Under the pieces are notes generated by a model that saw only the letters and a program-made list of their open reading frames with translations, was not told the DNA's origin and made no database searches. A DNA stretch of 64,000 nucleotides from Lytechinus pictus (Eukaryota). The stretch lies in the NCBI RefSeq assembly GCF_037042905.1, contig NC_087251.1, positions 15,130,001-15,194,000 of the forward strand, written 5' to 3'. Within the stretch, counting starts at the first letter, position 1; every line of letters begins with the position of its first letter. The position numbers and the translations under genes are program-made. Of the stretch, positions 53,499 to 64,000 are shown piece after piece.

Positions 53499-54550
53499 AG
53501 AAAAAGAGAGTGGCAGATATTAGTGAGTGTTCTACCAAATGATGCTACTGTCTTTGTGGGGATTTGAAACCTGATCTAATGGTTTACAGTCTGAGAGACA
53601 TCCATGAATCACAGCACTTGTATGTTTACAAGTTCAAGTATTTATGCAAGAAACATAAGCTTTTTTTTTTCAATCTGTATATTTATCTGTATAAAATGTC
53701 TCGCAATGAATTGCTAATGATCACTGTAAAACAATGATATAATTCATGAAATTCCAAGAGCCTCCATCTCCGTGTATTGCATTAATTTGTATAAAGAGCA
53801 ATGCTGTGTAATGAATTATTAGTGAGATTCTACTTGAGTCTAATCAGTATATGTGCCCATTGAGTCTAAATTAATTGATGGGAGGCCAATTTAAGGAGGC
53901 AGGATTTTAATTGAGCCTATATTGCCTCCGTATTTTCCAATTATCATTGAGTGATCAAACAGCTTCTCATAGAAAGGATAATCCTGGATTCATTGAATAA
54001 TTTGTACTTTTACTTTTTTTATGAAATGGATGAATTTTGATACTTACCTTCCTATTAAAACAAAATATAGGCCTACTTTTCACATTGCCATGTTAAATGG
54101 CATGTCCATCCCGACAAAAATTTGATTTAAAATTAAATAAAAAGTAAAAAATCAAACAGTAAAAAATCAGATGAAAAGTAGGAAAGTTTTGTGAAATTAA
54201 GTGAAACTTCATATTGTCATAGCTCTCTTACTTTACTTTGAATTTTGATGAAATTTGTCCACGAAAAGCTTTTTTACCAGTAATTTGTTCCCTTTTCTTC
54301 CAAATTGGTCGTTTGCTAGGGTAGACCTATGTCAGTGTATGCATACAATACTTATGAAATAATTACTCTGCATTCTTGTACATGTTCTGCTGTTGCCATT
54401 CATGACCAAGACCAAAGCTACTCAATATGATATACCAACTTTAACAGAATGCAATCTAAGATGTCCTATGGTCCTTTAATCATTTTACTTTATTTTTTGA
54501 TTGCTTTGTTTATTTCGTTTCTTTTGGTAAGGGGGCTAATTTTTCACTTA

Positions 54551-54763
54551 TACCCCTTTCATACTGCCCTCTTCATTTTTCACCGGCGAACTTCGCCGTC
54601 GAACTTCTCCGCCTCGCATTCCTCACTTTCGCACTGACATTTCTTCCCCGGCGAAAGTCAACGGGCGATTGCAGAACAAACGAACTCCTGTGTACCTTTC
54701 ATACTGGACACTTTCCCCTTGCTGGCGAACTTCGCCGGTGAAAAGCGCAATACGAAAGGGGTA
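54551..54763. mobile_element. PIF/Harbinger-like MITE with TTA target duplication
   Basis: TTA|TACCCCTTTCATACTGC ... GCAATACGAAAGGGGTA|TTA. Internal ggcgaacttcgcc palindromes. Confidence 0.78.
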
Positions 54764-56013
54764 TTAGATAGCAAATGATGTTACATTCAACATTCATTCA
54801 AGACATTAATGCAGAAGGGCATTTATTGAATTATTTTCAATTCCCTGTTCATACCACAATCCAGTACAATACAGACTAGCATGATTCATAGTCAGATTTC
54901 CAGCAATGATTCAATTAACATACATTCCAGTCCTGTGGTCAGTTTGGCTTGGCTAGACACTTCACCATGCTAAATGCTTCCGCTTGACCACTAGTGCGTT
55001 CAAGTATGTGATTGGGCTGGAGTAGTAATTTGACCATATTTGGAAAGGTTGTCTGTGGCAGTATTTCATATGAAGACGATTGGTTATAAAAGCCACCCTT
55101 CTTTGTTACTTCTGAAGAAAAAAAAATTTGTTTTTTATATTTTCTACACATTTCTGGAAAAGTGATATTATAATTGTGTTTCCTCATGGTTATCAAAATT
55201 GAAATTAAAACCCTTGATTAAAATCAGTCCCTATTTGAATGGTAGACTGATACCAATAAATTGATTTTATCAAAAGAAGATGTATTTCTGCCCTCTTCAT
55301 TTTTCACCGGCGAACTTCGCCGTCGAACTTCTCCGCCTCGCATTCCTCACTTTCGCACTGACATTTCTTCCCCGGCGAAAGTCAACGGGCGATTGCAGAA
55401 CAAACGAACTCCTGTGTACCTTTCATACTGGACACTTTCCCCTTGCTGGCGAACTTCGCCGGTGAAAAGCGCAATACGAAAGGGGTATTAGATAGCAAAT
55501 GATGTTACATTCAACATTCATTCAAGACATTAATGCAGAAGGGCATTTATTGAATTATTTTCAATTCCCTGTTCATACCACAATCCAGTACAATACAGAC
55601 TAGCATGATTCATAGTCAGATTTCCAGCCATGATTCAATTAACATACATTCCAGTCCTGTGGTCAGTTTGGCTTGGCTAGACACTTCACCATGCTAAATG
55701 CTTCCGCTTGACCACTAGTGCGTTCAAGTATGTGATTGGGCTGGAGTAGTAATTTGACCATATTTGGAAAGGTTGTCTGTGGCAGTATTTCATATGAAGA
55801 CGATTGGTTATAAAAGCCACCCTTCTTTGTTACTTCTGAAGAAAAAAAAATTTGTTTTTTATATTTTCTACACATTTCTGGAAAAGTGATATTATAATTG
55901 TGTTTCCTCATGGTTATCAAAATTGAAATTAAAACCCTTGATTAAAATCAGTCCCTATTTGAATGGTAGACTGATACCAATAAATTGATTTTATCAAAAG
56001 AAGATGTATTTCT
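54566..56013. repeat. 724-bp direct tandem duplication (54566-55289 / 55290-56013)
   Basis: Identical ORFs offset by 724 nt. Only one substitution noticed by eye (cagcaatg vs cagccatg). 2-bp ct microhomology at the junction. Confidence 0.95.
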
Positions 56014-56601
56014 AAATAGAAGCTGAGCTCTTCATACATGAACATGCATTGCAATTTATTATGTTGCATTTATAGTGTTTTATACTCTTGTTAAGAGAAA
56101 ATGCAGGTAGTATGTTTGAGATTTGATCTCAAAATGGACAGGGTTAAATTTGCATGTAATGGTATGTCTGTCTGATTTACATACTTAGAAATACGGTATG
56201 TTGAAATTACGGACCTTTTCTTTTAAAAAAATGAAAGAAATAAACTTTTGTGAAATATCTGTGAAGGAAAAATTGCATATATAGAAATCTTTAACATAGT
56301 AGTAGATATATATTTACATGTACGCAAAAATGCAATGATAAATCCAACACAATATGAGATTCTTTACGAGGCAATACAAATTGAGAACTAAAAAGAAAAG
56401 GAGTAACGACCCTGGAGGCGGATTTATCCCTAGTTAATCAAATGAAGGTTTAATCTGTTTCTAAATTTCACTGACACCCCTTCATATAATTTATGCAAAT
56501 TACAATAAGGTTTCCCAAATTACTTGTTACCCCTGAACTGTAAACAATTCAAATATTTTCATCATTTATCATTATTACTATAAATCTATCTTATCGTACA
56601 G

Positions 56602-56713
56602 CATCTATCTGTTGAACGTGATGACCAGCCAATGATAGTGGTAGCATCCTTCCAGCAGACGTTATGGACTGTCGCCCCCATCAGCTCAGGCATCGTCAAG
56701 ATCAAAGCAATGG
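56602..56713 (+). CDS. RyR: Ryanodine receptor exon (~exon 7; HLSVERDDQPMIVVASFQQTLWTVAPISSGIVKIKAM+G)
   Basis: tacag acceptor, gtaagg donor; 112 nt, phase 0-1. Continues RYL|HLS and contains ASF.QTLW as in RyRs. Confidence 0.93.
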
Positions 56714-58725
56714 GTAAGGTTCTCGATAAAAAATCTTTTTGGAGGAGAGGCATGTAACTTAACTACAATAACTGTTTCATTATCACTGGCAATGAAAGCT
56801 GGAGAAAGATAATTTTAATTTAATGTAGGCACTATTTTCATTGAAGGTTGGTAGGGTATATAAATTAGATGTTCAAGAAAAGGGGCTGTGGTGGATTTTA
56901 ATTTCTTGGCCTTAAAACTTTTTTATTTTTTTTAAAGTTATTGATTAAAGCATCTTTGTTAGAAAATATGTGATAAATGCAGTTCCTGAAAATTAACTAC
57001 TCCATTTTTTCTGATACACCCTGAAATTGCAAAGAATGTGCATTGGGCTGTGGCAAGGATAACAAAAGTGACAGGTCTACCAAATAATAATGGGAAATTA
57101 CAATAGTCTGCATGAAATGACTGGAAATGATGTATTTGGATGTGATATTATTTGTATACATGTATGATGTTTATTTTTCAGTCATTTTGGAAGAATGTGT
57201 ATGAAATAGAAAATCATTATCTATTTTCATTGCAAAGCAATTAGTTTCTCTCCCTAAATTCTTGTAAGGTGGTAATAAGATAAAGTACCTGGGAAATTGA
57301 ACTACAAGTAAAATATGTTTTAGAAATTCTCTGTGTCAGAAATTGTTTTAAAATGTCTCTTAGCGGTGTAATCATTTCAATTCTTGTAGATATTTGTTTT
57401 TGTCAGGCTTTGGTGAATTAAAAATAGAAAGCATCACTATTAATCTTTATATCACTCTAACTGGTTTATATTTCAGCAAAAAGTTATAAAAATGCAGATA
57501 AGGTTGTAGGTAGGTTTGAATGAAGGTTTGGAATGATGGTAGTGTTTTAGTGGTGGGTTGATAGGGCTCATGCTCCAGAAACAGCTTAAGGTATATGATG
57601 CCTATTTCATTTTGACACCTATTTCATATAGTTATTGGTTCTTGGTGGTGTTTCATAAAACTCTTTGCCAAATGAGAAGCTTCAATTTTTTTTATATGGA
57701 GTGAATAAACCAGAACTAGATTTTAGAATAATACACTTCATTCAGGTTCTTGTTAATACAAAACAAATTAACGTACAAAGGTCAGGTGTCAACTGTAGCT
57801 GAATGGAATCAAAGTCATTGGTAATTAAAAACAGATCATCATTTATAATGTCATGCAAAACTTACAATTAGCTTTATGAAACAGCCCAGTTCAAGTTCCA
57901 ACACATCCATCTAATGTAGTACCAGATTTCTGTCTGGTCATATTCCATCCAAGTCCACAAACAAAATCTTTGACTTGACCAACCCTACTCTAAAGTAACA
58001 AAGATGTGTGTATGACAATTTGGACGCAAGGTTTTTCAGGTCTTATTACCTAATAGTCTAATGATTATATGGCTAATCCCATTTAATCTAATTTGTATAC
58101 ATATTTGATGCAACAATTTTGGTTTAATAGCCGCTTTGGTTGATTTCAGTTTTGTGTCATTAAAAATGGTCTTATTGCAACTTTGTCCCATTCTCCGTTG
58201 TGATAATTTGTTGCAAATTGTATTGGTTTGTAATCAAAACGGGCATAAGTAACCTGAAAATTACCTTTAAATTATAAATGGCCATAAATGCACTTTTACA
58301 ATTATTACAAGACAAAATTGATTGTAGAGCCAGTGGCAATTTTCTAGGCTAAGTGTAACATAAAGAATTCAGACATTTCATCAACAAAATAATACAAATA
58401 TACCTGTTGCTGGGACATGTGTGCTGAAATTAATGTTGGTGGTGGAGGTATTAATTATGGTGGTGGTTATTCTTGCCTTAATCGGTGGTTGTGGTGGTAG
58501 TGGACGTTTCATTGTTATACAGGTCTTTTATTAATATTGGTGGTGGTATAATTATGAGGTAAATTCGAAAGACGTGTTCTTAGAAATATTCCTTGAAATG
58601 GGGATGGTGGCTGATGTGGTAGTGTTGTGGGTGTTAATCAGGTTGATTCATTAAGGGTTTGTGGTAGTTCAACACATGGTGGTGGTGGTTTGATTGGAGA
58701 TATTGCCGGAGACTGAGATTATAGT

Positions 58726-61256
58726 TGAATGAATGAATGAATGAATCTTTATTTCGTTTCAATTCCGATATCAAGCAACAACAATAACAACAGTAGATTA
58801 TTGGGATACAAGTACATAGCAAAGAACAAAAGTAAATAATTACAGGATAATATACATAATACATGCACTACTTTTTATGGAACATTAGTAACACCCATGA
58901 GAACAGACGGAAATGAAACGTGGTGACCTACTAAGAAGCTTAGCTTGTGGGCCATAGGCCACCAGAATGTAAAAAAATTATATTAGCAATCATTTTAAAA
59001 CATCATAGAACAAGCAAACAAAAAATTTGAGTAAATAACCAAAGTACAGATATACATATTTACAAAAGATACACTAAAAAGTAACAAAAAGGTGAAATGC
59101 AGAATGCAAACATTCTATTAGACCTAAAGTATAAGAATCTAAAATTCAAAAAGAAGAAAGAAAAGAGGAAAATATAAAGAAAATAGGCAGAGCTCTATTT
59201 TTGCATAGATAATTGTGGGAAGAATACAATTTATAAAGTTAGACGAGATATAACAAGCAGGCATTCGTTTACTGATTTAAGTATTTCTTCAGTAAATCGG
59301 TCTTCAACTTGTTTCTAAAAACACTAAGGCTAACTGTTTTCTTCAATGAAGAAGGAAGGGAGTTCCATAATTTTGGCCCTGTATAAACGAATGTATTTAG
59401 CCGAAAACTAGTTTTGACCAATGGCAAGTGGAGAAAAGAAACTTGTCTTGTATAGTAAGAATGGATTTGGTCATTTCTAACACATAATGAATCAAGGGCA
59501 AGTGGAAGTTCTCTTTTATTTAATTGATACATAATGCAACCAAGGTTGAGATCAAATATGTCATGTAAATTAAGGAACTTGTTTTCATAAAACAAAATAT
59601 TTGTGTGAGATCGTGAACTTACTCCACATACTAGTCTAATTACCCTTTTCTGGACTTTAAATAACCCATCTAAATGAACTTTAGCAGCGTTACCCCAGGC
59701 AAGGATGCAATAATTCAAGTAAGGCAAAATGAGAGTTGAGTACAACATGCATAAAATATTTTTTGGGAATATACTCTTCAATGAATTAATGACTCCTGAA
59801 TTTCTGGAAAGAAGTTTACATAAATAAGATATGTGAACTTTCCAATTCAGCTTACTATCAATGTGTACCCCAAGGAATTTTGTACTCAAGACTTCAGTAA
59901 TCTGAACATCACTGATTGTAATATTATCTGGCAATGTTGCTAGGGTGTTGCTGAATAACATGTAGTTTGTTTTAACAAGATTTAAGGAAAGCCTGTTAGC
60001 AATGATCCATTCGTTAACAGAAATCAATTCTGAATTGATAGTTTGCAATAAATTGCAGGGGTTCTTTTCAGAAAAAAATATGCTTGAGTCATCTGCAAAC
60101 AGGATAAATGAAAGGATTTTTGAAGACTGAGGGAAATCATTAATATATATGAGAAATAAGATAGGTCCAAGGAGTGAACCTTGTGGCACTCCGCATGTAA
60201 TTGACTGCATAGAAGACTTAACACCATTTAGAAAAACAAACTTTTTTCTATCAGAGAGGTAGCTCTTGAACCACTCCAAAACCTTACCCCGGAATCCATA
60301 GAAAGATAGTTTATACAAAAGGATGTCATGGTCAATTGTGTCGAAGGCTTTGGAGTAGTCTAGGAATATACCGACAGTATGTAGCCCATTATCTTTTGCG
60401 GAAGAAATTTTGTCAATAAAATGTAACAGAGCATGAGAGGTGGTATGTTTTTCACGAAAACCAAATTGTTCAGGAGCGAGAATATTATTAATTTTCAAAA
60501 ATTTCATAACACGAACAGAAATTATCTTTTCAAGAATTTTAGAAAAACATGTAAGAAGAGAGATGGGCCGGTAATTTCCAATTTCCTGAGGGTTTCCCTT
60601 TTTGTAAATCGGCACAACTTTGGCTATCTTCATACTCAAAGGAACGATTCCATATACAATAGATAAATTGAATATATGAGTAATAGGAGAAACAATAACA
60701 TCAATAACTTCTTTAATAAGCTTATTAGATAGGCCATCATACCCAGCAGCCTTATTTGTTTTCAAATTATGAACAATGTCAATCACTTCCTTTTCAACGA
60801 CAGGAGTAAAGAAACATGAACAGGGAAGTCGATTACCAAGGTAATCATGGAAGAGTTTTTGACTTGCGGGAAGACTAGATGACAATTTATTTCCTATTGA
60901 TGAGAAGAATTGATTACAAGCGTTACTCATTTGTACATGATCTTCAGTCAAAACCCCATCTACTAAAAGTTTAGAGGGACCCTGACTCTTTTGTTTTGAA
61001 TTTAGCGTTTGTCTTATAATTTTCCAGGTTCCCTTCATATCTTTGAAGACTGACTTAAACTTTTCATCATAATATGATTTTTTAGCGTCTCGTAGTAAAG
61101 ATGTTAAAATATTCCTATAGCAAGAGTATTTCTGCTTCGCTCCTAATGTTCTCCTTAGTTTAAACTTACAAAATAGTTTATAAGTTTAAACTAAGGAGAA
61201 CATTAGGAGCAAAGCAGAAATACTCTTGCTATAGGAATATTTTAACATCTTTACTA
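58726..61256 (-). mobile_element. 5'-truncated non-LTR retrotransposon, CR1 group (Crack/Daphne/L2-like), with 5' foldback
   Basis: RT ORF on -, ~540-bp AT-rich 3' region with a stem-loop near 58920-58965, AATAAA followed by an (ATTC)5 tail at 58726-58745. Both flanks are (GGT)n-rich. Confidence 0.92.
59269..61179 (-). CDS. LINE ORF2 fragment: reverse transcriptase and C-terminal region (endonuclease lost by 5' truncation)
   Basis: 589-aa ORF with NYRPISLL, QFGFR, FLDYSKAFDTIDH, GVPQGSLLGP, LFADD and KFLGV motifs. The frame stays open upstream of the ATG (KLFCKFKLRR...KDMKGTW) to the truncation point. Confidence 0.92.
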   Translation of the reverse strand, partial: KLFCKFKLRRTLGAKQKYSCYRNILTSLLRDAKKSYYDEKFKSVFKDMKGTWKIIRQTLNSKQKSQGPSKLLVDGVLTEDHVQMSNACNQFFSSIGNKLSSSLPASQKLFHDYLGNRLPCSCFFTPVVEKEVIDIVHNLKTNKAAGYDGLSNKLIKEVIDVIVSPITHIFNLSIVYGIVPLSMKIAKVVPIYKKGNPQEIGNYRPISLLTCFSKILEKIISVRVMKFLKINNILAPEQFGFREKHTTSHALLHFIDKISSAKDNGLHTVGIFLDYSKAFDTIDHDILLYKLSFYGFRGKVLEWFKSYLSDRKKFVFLNGVKSSMQSITCGVPQGSLLGPILFLIYINDFPQSSKILSFILFADDSSIFFSEKNPCNLLQTINSELISVNEWIIANRLSLNLVKTNYMLFSNTLATLPDNITISDVQITEVLSTKFLGVHIDSKLNWKVHISYLCKLLSRNSGVINSLKSIFPKNILCMLYSTLILPYLNYCILAWGNAAKVHLDGLFKVQKRVIRLVCGVSSRSHTNILFYENKFLNLHDIFDLNLGCIMYQLNKRELPLALDSLCVRNDQIHSYYTRQVSFLHLPLVKTSFRLNTFVYTGPKLWNSLPSSLKKTVSLSVFRNKLKTDLLKKYLNQ

Positions 61257-63819
61257 GTCATTGTGGTAGATGGTAGACTTGGTGGTGGTGGTGGTGGTGG
61301 TGGTGGTAATAGAATTACTGGTTACTAGTCATGGTAGTAGTGTTTGTTTTGTTGGTGATGGTTCTGGTGGCGGGAGTGGTAGTAATTACATCATTAAGAG
61401 TGATGATGGGGATTGAAGCAAAGAGACGGTGGTAGTAATACAAGTTATAATACTCAAAGAATGAGAGTGGATTCGTGAACAGTATAGAATATTTTAATTC
61501 TTAATGTAACTACAGTAATAGGGATGAAATATATTAGCTTCTAACCATAAAAAGGCTATATTGTGATTTAACTTAGAAAAATCTATGATCTTTGAATAGT
61601 AGTTAAAGTCAAAACAATTTTTAATTTTTTCTTTTTCATCAATAATGAAAACTTATTTTTGCTCATAATATCAAGACTATTCTTTCTACATATTTGGAAA
61701 TTGTAATTGTGCATAATTAAGCAAAATACAGTGAGGAATCATTGAGGTCAGATGTATTTTCCCCTGGTATGATTTTTATCAGAGGCAAAAGAAAACAATT
61801 TATTACCAGTTGATTCATATCTTCTGTAGATTGCAGATAAGGGGTTTAAGTTCCATTCTGAATTGAAGGATGAATTATATAGATAGTGAAAGAATGAAGA
61901 AATTTACTAGATTGAGAGAAAGAGAAAGAGAGGGAGAGAGAGAGAAAATAAAAAGGAGAGAAACAGTGGAAGGAAAATGTTGAGGAGGATTAGGATTAGT
62001 GAAATGTATTTGGAAAAGATTATGCTGTGCGAGATAATTACTGAAAGGGTTACTCATGAATTATTCACATAGCATTCAACTTTAATAAAAATTAATAAAA
62101 GAGAGGGGCGAGTGGAGGGGGCAGAGAAAGTAAGGAGGGTAAAAAGGGAGGAAGAAAAAGAGAGAAAGAGTGGGAGAGGATGCAAGCGTGCTAATCAAAC
62201 TCAAACAAGGGATTTTGTTCAATTTTCATTTCATTATGAATGCAAGATAAACCACAGTTAGAGTTGTTTAGACCAGATAATAAGTGGCCAATCAAAAGAA
62301 GGATACCGCAATTGGAAAGTCGTGACCCGTCTGCAAATACAACCAGCATTCCAGCACATCAGTGTATATTATGGACCCTCTGTGCACCCATACTTTGTCA
62401 ACTGGCAAATTTGTCATCGTCTGAATTGGTGCTGTTACTTGCGTAATGGCCAGGCATGGAGTAGATTCTCTCCCCAGGCCAGGCTAATAGCAGAATTAAA
62501 GAAACAGATGTATCGAGGATTGGTCCATTTTAGATGCAATATCTTCCTCACATCCGCTCCATTCCAATCAATACCTCATCCATCTGGGCAAAGTAAAGTC
62601 CAAGGCAGTACATCAAAAAAGTTTGTCTGTTTCTGTGAATAATATGTATCTGTCTAGATTTGCTGGATCCTTTAGATATGTTTTGTTATTACGAGAAAAC
62701 CCCCAAACAATCAGTAACATCTGCTCTAGGATTGTTCTTCTTAACATTGGTTTTGTGGTTATTCTCATTCATTATGAATGAAGCTATGTCGGTCGATATT
62801 TCATGTTCAATATAATTTTTTGTGTGTGCACAAAACTAACTTGGTATATGTTTTTAGAAAAAATTTCCTTGTGCAGGTGAAATTACAACTTATTGAAAAT
62901 TAAGATAAATAATCAAGAAGTTTCAAACAAATTGATAGTTGACCACGATCTTGAATATTCCCCGGGAGTTTTTACCTGCATGCATTGGTTTTAAGGGTTA
63001 GCTTTGAGGTTAGGTTTTTGAATTTTGCTAAGTGTACATATTTACATTTGCAATAATTGGCATGAGCCCTTTGTGGCAGATAAATGAAATAGTTAATATG
63101 GGTAACTGAAAAACTCATTCATAAGTTGCAGTTGGAATCAAAGTAGTTGATATCTAGATCTAATGGAATATGGCTAGTAGACAATAAGCTTGTGGCTTTT
63201 GCTTTCATGCAATATTCATGAGAGTCGTTCCCTCTATGAGGAATATGATGCAACAATTCAACAATATCAGTGGAAGATACATGTATATTGTGTGCAGCGT
63301 ACTTGGGAAATATTATTTGGAATCAAGAGAAATGTCTTGATTTAAAAGGCTCTGAAAGCAATAATAACCATTATTCAATCAGCTTCGGGGCCCGATACAG
63401 AAATAATTGCAATCAAATGTAATTCAAGCAAAAACTTGTCTTGATTTTTCAATCAGAAGGGCAAATTTTAGACCTACATTTGGTTTATTTAGTTGCATTT
63501 TAACACAAATTTCTGCATGGGTCCTATGACCTGAGGAGAGAAGGAGGGGGAGAGTATAAGAGAGAGAGAGAGAGAGAGAGAAATAGAAACAGGTTGGTAA
63601 AAATTTCTTCCAAAGAACTCTACAAATCATAACTGGTCGTGAATCATGTATTATTATTTTTTTACTTCAAAGTTATGTTTTCCATTAATTCATCTGTAAC
63701 CAATGGATTTATGAAGAATTTATTGATGAAACAATTAAGTGACACATTTTCCTGTAAATAATATTATGGTGGCATGTAAAAAGGGACTGATACTTATTTT
63801 GTTCAGAGAGGGTATCACA

Positions 63820-64000
63820 AGAACCCATTCTCATTACCTTTTAACGTGTAATGAGAACGGTCAAAGAGGTCTTGGAAGCAACCTTCTAAACTGGTTTAAA
63901 AAAAAACCACCTCGCGATGTAGTTGTCAAGATCGCTTTGCCTTGTTAAACTGGTTATAGCGTGAGGACACAACCGTTCTTCTGGAAGTGATCTTCACCCA
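63820..64000. repeat. Dispersed repeat also present at ~30239-30390
   Basis: Shared cccattctcattacctt...gtcaaagaggtctt...gatgtagtt...aagatcgctt...gttaaa.tggtt. Confidence 0.7.

Noticed and set aside
54939..55920. Two identical 85-aa ORFs suggesting a duplicated small gene
   Set aside because: Consequence of the 724-bp duplication; no recognisable protein features.
58722..58725. TAGT at both LINE junctions (also 61255-61258) as a TSD
   Set aside because: Only 4 bp, overlaps the foldback arm, and could be chance; needs the empty allele.
62670..62780. Possible RyR exon 8 (tttag followed by atatgttttg)
   Set aside because: No frame gives the expected GGDVLR.FHG-like sequence; exon 8 is probably beyond the window.

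Overview
AT-rich, intron-dominated animal genomic DNA; the repeat content (Tsp/HINE-like element, TU-like foldback, tRNA-SINEs) suggests an echinoid, but this is inference. The + strand carries six small in-frame GT-AG exons of a ryanodine receptor gene (equivalent to RyR coding exons 2-7, N-terminal beta-trefoil/MIR region): 580 coding nt spread over ~38.7 kb. I could not find exon 1 or exon 8 in the window. The introns hold many non-autonomous DNA transposons (Tc1/mariner-, Kolobok-, PIF/Harbinger-, CMC/EnSpm-, Helentron- and foldback-like), tRNA-SINEs, a 3.4-kb 54-bp minisatellite, a near-perfect 724-bp tandem duplication, and a young 5'-truncated CR1-group LINE with a 76-bp foldback at its 5' end. 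The most unusual signal is a pair of otherwise dissimilar elements (7156-7995 on -, 28033-28547 on +). They share a 15-bp terminus and an asymmetric layout: a long terminal hairpin next to an inverted-repeat-bounded body. Their stems contain recurrent tandem GA/GA mismatches, and one has a GCGAAGC loop, so they appear built to fold as single-stranded DNA on one strand.
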